A stretch of DNA of 32,000 bases from Candidatus Electronema halotolerans (GTDB lineage Bacteria; Desulfobacterota; Desulfobulbia; Desulfobulbales; Desulfobulbaceae). The notes under the pieces were generated by a model. The model did no database searches, was not told the DNA's origin, and worked only from the letters and a program-made list of their open reading frames with translations. A program made the position numbers and the translations under genes. The stretch spans positions 3,090,001-3,122,000 of the forward strand of contig OW818675.1 in the NCBI GenBank assembly GCA_942493095.1, in the 5' to 3' direction. Below are positions 16,304 through 26,593 of the stretch, in pieces; position 1 is the stretch's first letter, and every line of letters begins with the position of its first letter.

Positions 16304-19300
16304 TCAGGCTTGAGGAGCCTGCAAGCCCATAATCACCTCGACGTGATGCTCCCGGCGGTCGTCCACAAGAGGGAGCATAGCCTGCCGCTGCTCGGTATTA
16401 TCCAGCACGATGCCATCGGCTGTCACCCGGATCGCCTGCTCCGACGTTTCATCCGCGCTCCTGATGGTGATGTGATACACCGTCTCACGATAACGGTAAT
16501 GGATTTTATAGGACTCCCAATGGTCTGGGATGCACGGTGCAATGAGGAGGTGATCCCCTTCCCGCCGCAGCCCCAGGAGTGTTTCCACGGTCAGCCGGTA
16601 CATCCAACTTGCTGCTCCGGTGTACCAGGTCCAGCCGCCTCGACCGGTGTGCGGCGGCGCCCCGTATATATCCGCGCCCATGACATACGGCTCGACCTTA
16701 TAGCGTTCGACTTCCGCAGGCCCGCTGCCGTGGTTGACAGGATTGATCATGGCGAACAGTTCCCAGGCGCGTTTCCTGTCACCCATCATGGCAAAGGCCA
16801 TCGCGGTCCAGATCGCGGCATGGGTATATTGGCCGCCGTTCTCGCGCACACCGGGCACGTAGCCTTTGATATAGCCGGGTTCAAGATCCGAGGTGTCAAA
16901 GGGCGGGGTCAGCAGCCGGATTAACTGCGCATCGCGTTGCACCAGATGTTTATCCACCGCCTTCATGGCCTGCTCGGCACGTCCGGGGTCGCCGCCGCCG
17001 GAAATGACTGCCCAGCTCTGGCTGATGGAATCAATCCGGCATTCGTCGTTGACAGACGAACCCAAGGGGGTGCCGTCATCGAAATAGGCCCGCCGATACC
17101 AGCCGCCGTCCCAAGCATTGGCCTCAATGTTGGCACGCAGCAGGGCCGCCTGTTCAGTGCAGACTTGAGCAAAGGCCGCATCGTTTCGGCTGCGTGCCAG
17201 ATCAGCAAACAGCCCAAGGTTGTCGTAGAGAAACCAGCCCAGCCAAACGCTCTCGCCCTTGCCGTCACGACCGACGAGATTCATGCCGTCGTTCCAGTCG
17301 CCGCAGCCCATCAGCGGTAATTGATGCTCACCCAGGCGCAAGCCGTGTTTGATTGCACGGACACAATGCTCATAGAGGCTGGCCTGTTCAGTCGAGCGTT
17401 GCGGATAGTCGAAATGAGCCTCTTCTTCGGGATTCAGCTCGCGACCTTCCAGAAAATGCACTGACTCGTCAAGCACCCCGGTATCGCCGGTCGCCAGCAC
17501 ATAATGACAGGTTGCATAGGGCAGCCACAGGTAGTCATCGGAAAAATGGGTGCGCACGCCCTGTCCGTCGGGTGGATGCCACCAGTGCTGCACATCACCC
17601 TGGAGGAACTGGCGTTCGGCGCAACGGATCAACTGCTCGCGGGCGAGCCACGGGGCTGCATGGACTAGGGCCATAGTGTCCTGCAATTGATCGCGGAAAC
17701 CATAGGCTCCGCCGGACTGATAATACCCGCTCCGGCCCCAGAGCCTGCTGGACAGGGTTTGATAGATCAGCCAGCCGTTGGCCAGCACGTTCAAGGCTGC
17801 ATCCGGTGTATCCACGTTCACCGCGCCCAAGGTGCGGTTCCAGTATTCCCACACTGATTCCAATGCCAGCCGGGCACCGGCTGAACCGCTAAATCGCCGG
17901 ATGAAATCCTGCGCTTCGTCGGTGTTGCGGGCCGCGCCGAAGATGAAAACAATCTCACGCTCCTGGCCTTGGGCCAGTTCGATCCGGGTCTGGATTGCTG
18001 CGCATGGATCCAAACCGGCCCCTGTCCTGCCGGACAAACGCTTGCGCCGCATAGCCGCCGGGTCGGCCAGTGTGCCGTTGCGGCCGATGAACCCTGTACG
18101 GTTTCCGCTCACCGTGCGGGCAAGCTCGCTGACCTGGACAAAGACGACCCGATCTCCACATTCGCGACCGTAAGCATTGCGGGCGAAGAGCGCCCCGCTG
18201 TGCGGATCCGTTTCGGTGACAATGTGCATCAGATTGGTGTGCCGCCATTCACCCAGCACCAGCTCCCAATAGCCGGTCAGTGATACTTGACGCGGGCGTT
18301 TTGACGTATTGCGAAGTGTTATGACCGCAAACTTCACCGGAGCGTCCATGGCAACGTAGGTGAACAGTTCCGAGGAAATACCGGCTTCCTCATGCTCGAA
18401 CACGGAGTACCCGAAGCCGTGCCGACAGACATACCCGGACCGTCCACGGGCAGGCAAGGGCATCGGCGACCAGAAGGCTCCTGTTTCCTCGTCCCGGATG
18501 TAGAACGCCTCGCCGCTGCTGTCGCAGATGGGGTCGTTGTGCCAGGCGGTCAAGCGGAATTCGTGCGCATTTTCCACCCAGGTATAGGCACTGCCGCTCT
18601 CGCTGACCACGGTGCCGATATGCGGGCTGGCAATGACATTGACCCAAGGTGCCGGCGTATTCTGATCAGGTTCAAGGGTGATGATGTATTCGTGGCCATC
18701 GGGCGTGAACCCACCGAAACCATTGTAGAAAATTCGTTCGCGGGCTGACAGCGGATGAACAGTTTCAGCTGCGGGCTGCTGCAAGGGCGCCAGATTATCC
18801 GGCATGCGCTTCAGCGACACACGGCGATTCATCTGCTCGATCAAGGTCTCGGCGGTATCGGTGAAGACAATGCGGGCGACTGTCTGAAACAACACCCGGT
18901 CTTCTTCGGAAAGCTCATCGGCGCGCCGGACAAAGACCCCTCCCGGCTTCTCGAACATCTGCGCTTCCTGACCGGCGTTGATCAGCCCCATGATCCGGTC
19001 GTGCAGAACCGCCCGGTAGCCGGAAAAATCCTCGTTCACTATCACCAAATCCGCGATCAATCCTTTCTTCCGCCAATAGGCATGGGCTTGCAGCATCTGT
19101 TTGACCAGATTGATGCGGTTTATGTCGCTGATGTGTATCAGGACAATGGGCAGATCCCCTGAAATGGCAAAGCGCCAAAGCCCGGACTGACCAAGCCGGT
19201 TGCGGGCAATGATGCCGGATGCGGCGCGGCACCGGGCATTGCTGTAAATGATTGAAGCGGCCAGGCGGCCGAAGAGTTGCGCATCAACTTCGGTTGCGCC

Positions 19301-22300
19301 CAGGTTGCGCAAGACCTCCTGACTTTGGAACCATGCCATGTCAAAGGCGCGCTCAACAAAATGCCGGTCGCAATACTTGTCAAGCAAGGCCAAGGCCGCC
19401 TCCCGCGTGTCCGCGACACCGGAGATGATCTGCACGGTCGCGGATTCGTCGGAAGACAAGGTGATGGTGCGGCGGATAGCGACGATGGGATCAAGCACCG
19501 AACCATCAGTATTTGACAACATCGACGGCCCGGTCTTCTCCATGACCACCGGGTTGGCCGGAGTTCGCCCTCGACCGATAAATCGGGCGCGGTCTGTCTC
19601 GAAAGACGGCTCGTCGGCAATCGTGCCGGGTGCTGCCAACAGGTGAAACATCCACGGCACCTGCTCTCCCGGTGTGCGGCGGCGGCGGGTGCAGAGGATC
19701 GCTTGTCGGTCGGCAAGAATTTCGGTCTGCACAAACAGATTGCTGAAAGAACGGTGGGCCAGGTCGGTATTCAACGGCGCCAGGACGACCTCTGCGTAAC
19801 TCGTCGTCTCGATATGACGGGTACGACTCGACTTATTCGTAAGCGTAACCCGACGAATTTCGACATCGTCTTCAGGTGAAACGCTGATCTCGGTGTACGC
19901 TTCAACAGCCTGATCGCAGCGCCGGTATTCAGCCCGCGCCTGCACAAAAATCGCCTCGTAATGATCAGCCTTGCGCAAAGTCGGTTGATGTGCGGTTGAC
20001 CAATAACGACCGGTGTCGCGGTCCCGCAAATAAATAAATGTTCCCCAGCAATCGGAAGTCACGTCTTCGCGCCAGCGGGTGACAGCCATATCCCGCCAGC
20101 AGCTATACCCTCCGCCGGCATTGGTCGCCATAACGTGGTACCTGCCGTTGGACAAGAGGTGAACTTCAGGTGTCGGCGTGTCCGGGTCAGTAAAGACGCG
20201 CATGATCTCACCTGCTTCAGCGGGGGAGGGATGCTCGGCGGCACTCACTTCCGCTGCATGAGGGTGCAGGGTGGATTCTTTTTTCGGCACCCGCTCCTGC
20301 AATAATAATTCCGTCGCCCGGACAAGAGGGTCGGACATAAATCGGCGCTGCATCGGCCGGTTGAGCAAGACGTGAGCAAAAGACAGCAGGCTCATTCCTT
20401 GATGATGCGCCATGAAGGTACGGACAACGGCGTGATTCTTCCCTCGCGGCACCCGGGACGGCGTGTAATCCACGGCATCGTAAAAGCCGCAGCTGCCGAG
20501 AAACCCGTTGGCTGCCAGCGTCTGCAAGTTGCGGCACGCTGCCTGCGGCATCACTGTCAGTGCCAGTGCGCTGGCGTAAGGAGCAATGACCAAGTCGTCT
20601 CCCAGCCCGCGTTTGAGGCCCAAACCGGGAACGCCGAAGGCCCTGTATTGATAGACCTGATGTATATCCCTGGCATTATAACAGGACTCGGAAATGCCCC
20701 ACGGCACAGCGCGTTGCCGACCATATTCTATCTGGCGGGACACGGCGGCCTTGCAGGCCTGCGCCAACAAGGTGTTCTCGTAACTCGGCATGATCAGTGC
20801 CGGCATGAGGTATTCAAACATCGAACCGCTCCACGAAATCAAGCTCACATCACCCCCGTGACTTGTCAGCAGGCGACCGAGTGAGAACCAATGCTTCTGC
20901 GGCACTTGGCCCTGTGAGATGAGCAGAAAACTGGTCAGCCGCGCTTCTGATGCCAGCAGGTCGTAGCAGCCCGGATCGCTCCGCCGTTCGCCCGCATCGT
21001 AACCTATGGTCAGCAGGGAGCGTGACGTATCGTAGAGAAATTCAAAGTCCATTTCCGCAAGATTGCGGCAACGATGCACCAGATCGTCGATAATGCCGAG
21101 CCGAGCCGCCGCGCCCTGACAGCACGCTCCTGCGGCTGAGGTTTCCTCGGTCGATCCGGCTGGTTCCGCCAATTCCGCCAATGTCGGGATGTTACTGAGC
21201 TGCCGCGCTGCCGGTGCAAAAAAATTCAGGTCATCCCGAAGAGCTTGCAATTGCCGGTCAAATGCCTTTGCCCAGTAATAAAGCTCTCCGTCAGTATCAA
21301 TATCCGTCGGCAGGCACGAAACCAGTTCCCCGCCAAGACGGTGCATCTCATCCAGCAGAATTTCGGCGGCAGCCAGTGTCCGGGGCTGGCCGGTGAGCGT
21401 GTATGAGCGGACTGTATCCAGCAGCACCTTGATCTTTTTTGCAAGATCAGGATATTGCGAAGAGGAAATCTGTTCAGCGAAGACCTCCAAGGTGTCCTGT
21501 AATCCAAAAAAAGCATTTAATGACAACACCGGTTGGTTTTTTAATTCGACCAATCCCGCTTGCAGGGTGACTAAGCTGCCGACCAGATTGCCGCTGTCCA
21601 CCGAAGAAATATATTGCGGACGCAGCTGTTGCAGTGTTCGCGTGTCGTACCAGTTGTAAAAATGGCCGCAATAACGCTCCAGCTTTTCCATGGTGGTCAA
21701 GGTGTTTTCGGTCAGCTGCAGGAATTCTCCGGCGGCAATGTAACCGAAATCGTATGCGGCCAGGTTGGCAAGCAAGGACATGCCGATATTCGTGGGCGAG
21801 GTCCGCGAGGCAATGGTTGGAACCGGATGTTCCTGAAAGTTGTCGGGCGGCAGCCAGTTGTCCTCTGGCCCGACAAAATCCGCAAAGAAACGCCAGGTTC
21901 GCCTGGCCGACATCCGCAGGAATGACCGTTGCTCATCGCTTAAATCCGGTGAGGGTGACAATAGCGGCCTACTGATCCACCAGCCGACCATTGGCGATGC
22001 CAGCCAGAGCAGCAGGACGGGCGCGGTGAAGAGCAGCTCTGCCGAAAGGCAGCCTGCCATCAATGCCAACGTCAAGCCTAATCCCGCCGCCAGAACCGGT
22101 GCAATCCACATCTCGATAAAAAAATCAGCCCAGGAGCGACGCGCATTGCGTCGTGCATAGGACGGCAAATGCCAGAGCAATAATCCACTTTGCGTGAACA
22201 GCATCCTCACCCCCGAACGCAGGATTGCATCTAAGCAAATCAGCGTGTCATAAGGCAAAAAAACTATGGTCAGCAAAGCAAGCACAATCGGGCGGCCTGT

Positions 22301-25015
22301 GGATTTGCCGGTCACGATCAGGTGCATCGGCCAGGCACGTTCTTCGGGCTTACGGATGAGTTCAATCACTGCTCCCAGCAAGGACGGCAGAAATAATACA
22401 GCCGCGACGAACAAGGTCCAGAACCATGCCGATCCCGGACCGAACAGCCACCCGCCGACCAGCAAGGCAAATAGTGCCGGTGATACGAGACTGCGGCGCA
22501 GGTTGTCAAAAATTTTCCACACCGACAAGGTGCTGAGTGGGTTCGATTGCCGCGTTGCCTTTGCGCCGCATGACTCGGATGAGCCGGACGGTCCGAGCAC
22601 ACGAGGCAGCAGCCAGCCCGCAAGCTGCCAGTCGCCGCGTATCCAACGATGTCGTCGGCTGGCCTCCATAACGTAACTGGCCGGGTGTTCTTCAAGAAGA
22701 TCAACATCAGTCACCAACGCCGAACGCGCATAACCGCTTTCCAGCAAATCGTGACTGAGAATGAGATTCTCTGGAAAGCGTCCATCCACGGCCTGACGAA
22801 ATGCGTCCACATCATAGATGCCCTTGCCGACAAACGACCCCTCGCCGAAAATATCCTGATAGACATCTGATATTTCGCGAGTGTAGGGGTCAAGGCCTGC
22901 TTCACCGGCGAACAGCTTGGTGAACCGTGACTGGCCTGCGCTGATCAGACTGATCGAAGCGCGGGGTTGGAGAATTGCATAGCCTTGGACAACGCGCCCC
23001 TTGTCGGAATCATAAACAGGTCGATTCAGAGGATGGGCAATGTTGCCGATCAGAGTGCGGGCTGCGTCGCGGGGCAGTTGCGTGTCCGTATCCAGCGTGA
23101 TGACATACTTAATCGAAGGGAAAATGGAAGGATCACCGACAATATCAGAGAATGCAGTTTGCCCTTCGCCACGCAGCACACTGTTGAACTGCTCCAATTT
23201 GCCGCGCTTGCGCTCATATCCCATCCATATTTGTTCATACGGGTTCCAAACCCTGGGGCGGTGAAACAGATAGAAAATGCACGGGCGATCTTCGCTATAG
23301 GTCTTGTTGAGCACCTGGATTGCTTTGCGGGCGTAGGAGATCAGAGCGTCATCGTCCGGCAGAGTGCGTTCGGACGCATCATGGAAATCCGTCAGCAGGG
23401 CAAAGAACAGATGCGGATCGCGATTGCCGAGATAGCGGATTTCCAAGGCTTCGAGAAGATCATCAACGTCCTGCCGACTGCCCAGCAAAGTCGGGACAAT
23501 GACCATAGTGCGGTGAACAAATGGAATGCCTTTGGAAAAATCCAATCGCGGCAGGGCGCGAGGCGGCATGAGAAGCGTCGCCAATCGGTTCACCAATGGC
23601 ACGGCCAAGGCGGTGGAGCTGATTATGCCGGTGATCGCAAAAAAACAGAAACGCCAGACACCTGATACGAGTCCGTTGAACGAGGAAAGGACGACAGATG
23701 TCGCCAAGGCGGTGAGCAACAGGACAGGGCCGAGGAAAAGGCCAAGGCGGAAAGATCGGCTCGCTCGGCGGATTCGTGATTTCCATGACGAACGACATCC
23801 GACCGCCTGTTCCAGTGCCGGTCGTCCGTGATCGATCAGATAAAAACCGACATGCGCGGTGCGGTCATCAGTCCCGGATTGTTCTGCGGCAGTCCGGGCT
23901 AAGGCAACGGCTTGACGCGCCACCGCCAACTCACTGTGTGAGCTGCCTTTTGCCACGTCTTCGATGACATGCCGGTACCGGTCGCGGGTGGCGAAATCCT
24001 GGTCGGCATGTATCCCTGCCGGGTCGTCACGCAATGTCTGCTCGACGACACTCTGCGACTCGACAAAATCACTCCAGTCCATTGCGCCGATGAAACGCAG
24101 ACTGCCGATGCTGTTGGCGATGGAAATCTGGTTTGCCGCTGCTGTTCGTCCGGCCGCTGCCGACAACTGCGTTGCCGTCACCCCCTGTTCGAGGAGTTTC
24201 TGTTCGACCCAGGCTTGCACAAAGGACATAGCAGACCCCTGCGCCTGGAGTCTCTCGTAAAATTCCTCCACAAACGGCGCGGTCAGAGGCACATCGGCAT
24301 TGGCGAATTCGGCAAGCAGCTGGATAAGCTGTTTCGGTTCCCGTGCAGCCGTGACGAGCATGCGGTCGGCCCAGGTGACGGCCGCGTCGAGTTCCTCGCG
24401 CCGACGGGCGATAAGCCACCCGATCCGGCGAAGGTTTTCCAGCAGCGCCAGGCGCAGCATGATCGGGAAAGCCCACAATTCTCCCAGCATTAAGGGTTCA
24501 ACGGTCTGGTATGCGGCAATGAATTGGCTGGTGTTGTCGCTGTCGACACGACCGTCCATGTGTGAGATCAGCTCCAAAGCCAAGTCATAGATGCGGGGAA
24601 AACCGGCTGACAGGCCGTCGGCCAGTCGCGGCAACTGACGACTATACCCGCGCGGCAGATGCCGACGCGCTAAACTGATCTGCTGTTCAATGAGATAAAA
24701 ATTGTCGAGCAGCCATGCCTCTGCCGGGACGATCCGTTGTCCCGGTGCTGCTGCTGTCACAACATCATACGCCATCAGGAGAACGCGTTCATTGTCAGCC
24801 AGCCGGTGCAGCAATTTGTCCGGCCCGGGACGCGGTTCGATTGTATGCTGGCCGGCCAGCAGTGCCGCGTGACGCTTCAGTTGTCCGATGCTGAACAGCT
24901 CCGAGCGCAGCAACTCAGTATTTCCGCCGCTGTGTGGTGTATTCCGTGTGTATGTCGAGGATTCAAACTCTTTGATGACTATCTCCTTGCGCGAAGTGTA
25001 GGGGGCATGGCACAA
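16304..25015 (-). CDS. ndvB: Cyclic beta-1,2-glucan synthase (GT84 + glucoamylase-type + GH94 phosphorylase-type modules)
   Basis: 2903 aa single ORF. FLGPVLLLTALATSVVL membrane segments, VIVPTLLGSRQDVDDLLEALEIRYLGNRDPHLFFALLTDFHDA, KYVITLDTDTQLPRDAARTLIGNIAHPLN, GEGSFVGKGIYDVDAF, RHRWIRGDWQLAGW, then DYTPSRVPRGKNHAVVRTFMAHHQGMSLLSFAHVL and a GH94-like C-terminal half (GGAYGFRDQLQDTMAL, HDNPICDSSGEAFYIRDEETGAFW, GCGDWNDGMN). Confidence 0.93.
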   Translation of the reverse strand: MCHAPYTSRKEIVIKEFESSTYTRNTPHSGGNTELLRSELFSIGQLKRHAALLAGQHTIEPRPGPDKLLHRLADNERVLLMAYDVVTAAAPGQRIVPAEAWLLDNFYLIEQQISLARRHLPRGYSRQLPRLADGLSAGFPRIYDLALELISHMDGRVDSDNTSQFIAAYQTVEPLMLGELWAFPIMLRLALLENLRRIGWLIARRREELDAAVTWADRMLVTAAREPKQLIQLLAEFANADVPLTAPFVEEFYERLQAQGSAMSFVQAWVEQKLLEQGVTATQLSAAAGRTAAANQISIANSIGSLRFIGAMDWSDFVESQSVVEQTLRDDPAGIHADQDFATRDRYRHVIEDVAKGSSHSELAVARQAVALARTAAEQSGTDDRTAHVGFYLIDHGRPALEQAVGCRSSWKSRIRRASRSFRLGLFLGPVLLLTALATSVVLSSFNGLVSGVWRFCFFAITGIISSTALAVPLVNRLATLLMPPRALPRLDFSKGIPFVHRTMVIVPTLLGSRQDVDDLLEALEIRYLGNRDPHLFFALLTDFHDASERTLPDDDALISYARKAIQVLNKTYSEDRPCIFYLFHRPRVWNPYEQIWMGYERKRGKLEQFNSVLRGEGQTAFSDIVGDPSIFPSIKYVITLDTDTQLPRDAARTLIGNIAHPLNRPVYDSDKGRVVQGYAILQPRASISLISAGQSRFTKLFAGEAGLDPYTREISDVYQDIFGEGSFVGKGIYDVDAFRQAVDGRFPENLILSHDLLESGYARSALVTDVDLLEEHPASYVMEASRRHRWIRGDWQLAGWLLPRVLGPSGSSESCGAKATRQSNPLSTLSVWKIFDNLRRSLVSPALFALLVGGWLFGPGSAWFWTLFVAAVLFLPSLLGAVIELIRKPEERAWPMHLIVTGKSTGRPIVLALLTIVFLPYDTLICLDAILRSGVRMLFTQSGLLLWHLPSYARRNARRSWADFFIEMWIAPVLAAGLGLTLALMAGCLSAELLFTAPVLLLWLASPMVGWWISRPLLSPSPDLSDEQRSFLRMSARRTWRFFADFVGPEDNWLPPDNFQEHPVPTIASRTSPTNIGMSLLANLAAYDFGYIAAGEFLQLTENTLTTMEKLERYCGHFYNWYDTRTLQQLRPQYISSVDSGNLVGSLVTLQAGLVELKNQPVLSLNAFFGLQDTLEVFAEQISSSQYPDLAKKIKVLLDTVRSYTLTGQPRTLAAAEILLDEMHRLGGELVSCLPTDIDTDGELYYWAKAFDRQLQALRDDLNFFAPAARQLSNIPTLAELAEPAGSTEETSAAGACCQGAAARLGIIDDLVHRCRNLAEMDFEFLYDTSRSLLTIGYDAGERRSDPGCYDLLASEARLTSFLLISQGQVPQKHWFSLGRLLTSHGGDVSLISWSGSMFEYLMPALIMPSYENTLLAQACKAAVSRQIEYGRQRAVPWGISESCYNARDIHQVYQYRAFGVPGLGLKRGLGDDLVIAPYASALALTVMPQAACRNLQTLAANGFLGSCGFYDAVDYTPSRVPRGKNHAVVRTFMAHHQGMSLLSFAHVLLNRPMQRRFMSDPLVRATELLLQERVPKKESTLHPHAAEVSAAEHPSPAEAGEIMRVFTDPDTPTPEVHLLSNGRYHVMATNAGGGYSCWRDMAVTRWREDVTSDCWGTFIYLRDRDTGRYWSTAHQPTLRKADHYEAIFVQARAEYRRCDQAVEAYTEISVSPEDDVEIRRVTLTNKSSRTRHIETTSYAEVVLAPLNTDLAHRSFSNLFVQTEILADRQAILCTRRRRTPGEQVPWMFHLLAAPGTIADEPSFETDRARFIGRGRTPANPVVMEKTGPSMLSNTDGSVLDPIVAIRRTITLSSDESATVQIISGVADTREAALALLDKYCDRHFVERAFDMAWFQSQEVLRNLGATEVDAQLFGRLAASIIYSNARCRAASGIIARNRLGQSGLWRFAISGDLPIVLIHISDINRINLVKQMLQAHAYWRKKGLIADLVIVNEDFSGYRAVLHDRIMGLINAGQEAQMFEKPGGVFVRRADELSEEDRVLFQTVARIVFTDTAETLIEQMNRRVSLKRMPDNLAPLQQPAAETVHPLSARERIFYNGFGGFTPDGHEYIITLEPDQNTPAPWVNVIASPHIGTVVSESGSAYTWVENAHEFRLTAWHNDPICDSSGEAFYIRDEETGAFWSPMPLPARGRSGYVCRHGFGYSVFEHEEAGISSELFTYVAMDAPVKFAVITLRNTSKRPRQVSLTGYWELVLGEWRHTNLMHIVTETDPHSGALFARNAYGRECGDRVVFVQVSELARTVSGNRTGFIGRNGTLADPAAMRRKRLSGRTGAGLDPCAAIQTRIELAQGQEREIVFIFGAARNTDEAQDFIRRFSGSAGARLALESVWEYWNRTLGAVNVDTPDAALNVLANGWLIYQTLSSRLWGRSGYYQSGGAYGFRDQLQDTMALVHAAPWLAREQLIRCAERQFLQGDVQHWWHPPDGQGVRTHFSDDYLWLPYATCHYVLATGDTGVLDESVHFLEGRELNPEEEAHFDYPQRSTEQASLYEHCVRAIKHGLRLGEHQLPLMGCGDWNDGMNLVGRDGKGESVWLGWFLYDNLGLFADLARSRNDAAFAQVCTEQAALLRANIEANAWDGGWYRRAYFDDGTPLGSSVNDECRIDSISQSWAVISGGGDPGRAEQAMKAVDKHLVQRDAQLIRLLTPPFDTSDLEPGYIKGYVPGVRENGGQYTHAAIWTAMAFAMMGDRKRAWELFAMINPVNHGSGPAEVERYKVEPYVMGADIYGAPPHTGRGGWTWYTGAASWMYRLTVETLLGLRREGDHLLIAPCIPDHWESYKIHYRYRETVYHITIRSADETSEQAIRVTADGIVLDNTEQRQAMLPLVDDRREHHVEVIMGLQAPQA

Positions 25016-25380
25016 CCCTCATTAAAAAATACACCAACTGCTTTTATTCCATAAGCTGACAGCTGATTACCTGTTAATCATAATTTTACAACTCTGCTTT
25101 GACAGGTGTTGAGGCATCAGGAAATAATGGCCTGTTTCGTTCGAGGCGGGGCAATCTGGAATTGAGTTCGGCATGTATTTTCATATTGTGAGATTAACAC
25201 GGCATCCTTCCGAAGGAAAGCATATTCAGCAGTTGGATTCTACGTACCTTGGGAACGGGAATTAAATACCTGCACGCCTCTTTCTCACGCCCGAACAGTT
25301 TGCTTTCAATCAAATTGCCGGGCAGTGCCGCGCAGTTGACCGTGATCAGCGCGGACTCATGGATTGGCGGCAGAGGAGTA

Positions 25381-25404
25381 AGGGCGGCCTCCTGTGGCCG
25401 CCCT
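25381..25404. terminator. Possible hairpin AGGGCGGCC-TCCTGT-GGCCGCCCT downstream of potD
   Basis: 9-bp perfect stem with 6-nt loop just past the potD stop on the minus strand; no clear U-tract. Confidence 0.35.
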
Positions 25405-25472
25405 TGGTATGTCCCGTCATGTCAGCGCGCGGTGAACGGACAGACGGGGTAGCCCTGTGAGCAATTGCGCAG

Positions 25473-26570
25473 CTATTCGCCGACAATAATATCCTGCCAG
25501 ACCTGATTGTAGTCCTTGAGCGACTCGCCAATATCTTCCTTGAACTCAGAGCGGGCCAGATCAGCAATCTCATAGTTCGGCTTGACCTGCATCAGGTCAC
25601 GGGCCGGAACATTGATGGACGGCAGCATGAGAAAGTCAGCAATCTGGGCATACACCTTTGGCTCATGAATATAGTTCATGAAGGTGTAGGCAATGTCCTT
25701 GTTCTTGGCTGTCTTGAGCATGACCATGTTGTCCATGTACATGGCACTGCCCTCTTTAGGAATGAAAAAGGCCACATCTTTCTTGGCTGCATCGTCTAAC
25801 TCAAGAAAGATATTTTCTTGATAGCCTTGCACCACCCAAAATTCACCCGCAGCAAAGCCTTTGCCAAAGGATTCTGCGTCAAACTTGACGATGTTCTTTT
25901 TCCACTGTTTGACTAAGTCCTTTGCCTTTTGCAGCTCCTCAAGGTTCTTGGTGTTGACTGAATAGCCCAATGTCACCAATGCGGCTCCCAGCACCTCGCG
26001 CATGTCGTCCAGCATGGTCATGCGGCCTTTCAAATCTTCCCGGTTGAAGATTGACCAGCTCTTGTCAAAATCTTTGACAAACTTGGTATTCACAGCCACG
26101 CCTGCCGCGCCCATCATGTACGGAACAGAATACTTTGACCCTTCATCAAAATGAATCTTAGCCAGCACCTCTGGATCAATGTTCTGGAAGTTAGGCACTT
26201 TTGCTTTATCAATCTCTTCCAGCATGTTCTCCTTGATCATGATGGAAACATAATCCCCAGAGGGAAAGACCAAATCATAGCCGCTGCCGCCCGCCTTCAG
26301 TTTGGTGAACATCTCCTCATTGGAGGAGTACATATCATAAACAACTTTGACCTTGTATTCCTGTTCAAAGTCTTTGATCACCTGATCAGGAATGTAATAG
26401 GTCCAGTTGTAGATGTACAGCGTCTTGTTTGTGTCTTGTTGTGGAGCAGGCGTTTGCGCCGCCTTATGTTCGGCTGAAGCCTCTTTCTTTTCTCCTTCTG
26501 AACATCCGCAAACAGCCATGCTGACAAATGCTGCTGCCAGCAGCATGAGCAAGGTTCCCTTTCTCATCAA
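25473..26570 (-). CDS. potD: Spermidine/putrescine ABC transporter, periplasmic binding lipoprotein
   Basis: 365 aa; lipoprotein signal MMRKGTLLMLLAAAFVSMAVCGC, TLYIYNWTYYIPDQVIKDFEQEYKVKVVYDMYSSNEEMFTKLKAGGSGYDLVFPSGDYVSIM. Confidence 0.93.
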   Translation of the reverse strand: MMRKGTLLMLLAAAFVSMAVCGCSEGEKKEASAEHKAAQTPAPQQDTNKTLYIYNWTYYIPDQVIKDFEQEYKVKVVYDMYSSNEEMFTKLKAGGSGYDLVFPSGDYVSIMIKENMLEEIDKAKVPNFQNIDPEVLAKIHFDEGSKYSVPYMMGAAGVAVNTKFVKDFDKSWSIFNREDLKGRMTMLDDMREVLGAALVTLGYSVNTKNLEELQKAKDLVKQWKKNIVKFDAESFGKGFAAGEFWVVQGYQENIFLELDDAAKKDVAFFIPKEGSAMYMDNMVMLKTAKNKDIAYTFMNYIHEPKVYAQIADFLMLPSINVPARDLMQVKPNYEIADLARSEFKEDIGESLKDYNQVWQDIIVGE

Positions 26571-26593
26571 ACCACCTTTTAGTGAAGTAATTG

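Noticed and set aside
16963-24493. Numerous 60-170 aa plus- and minus-strand ORFs inside the glucan synthase gene
   Set aside because: All lie within a single intact 2903-codon frame with strong family motifs; typical of high-GC shadow ORFs.
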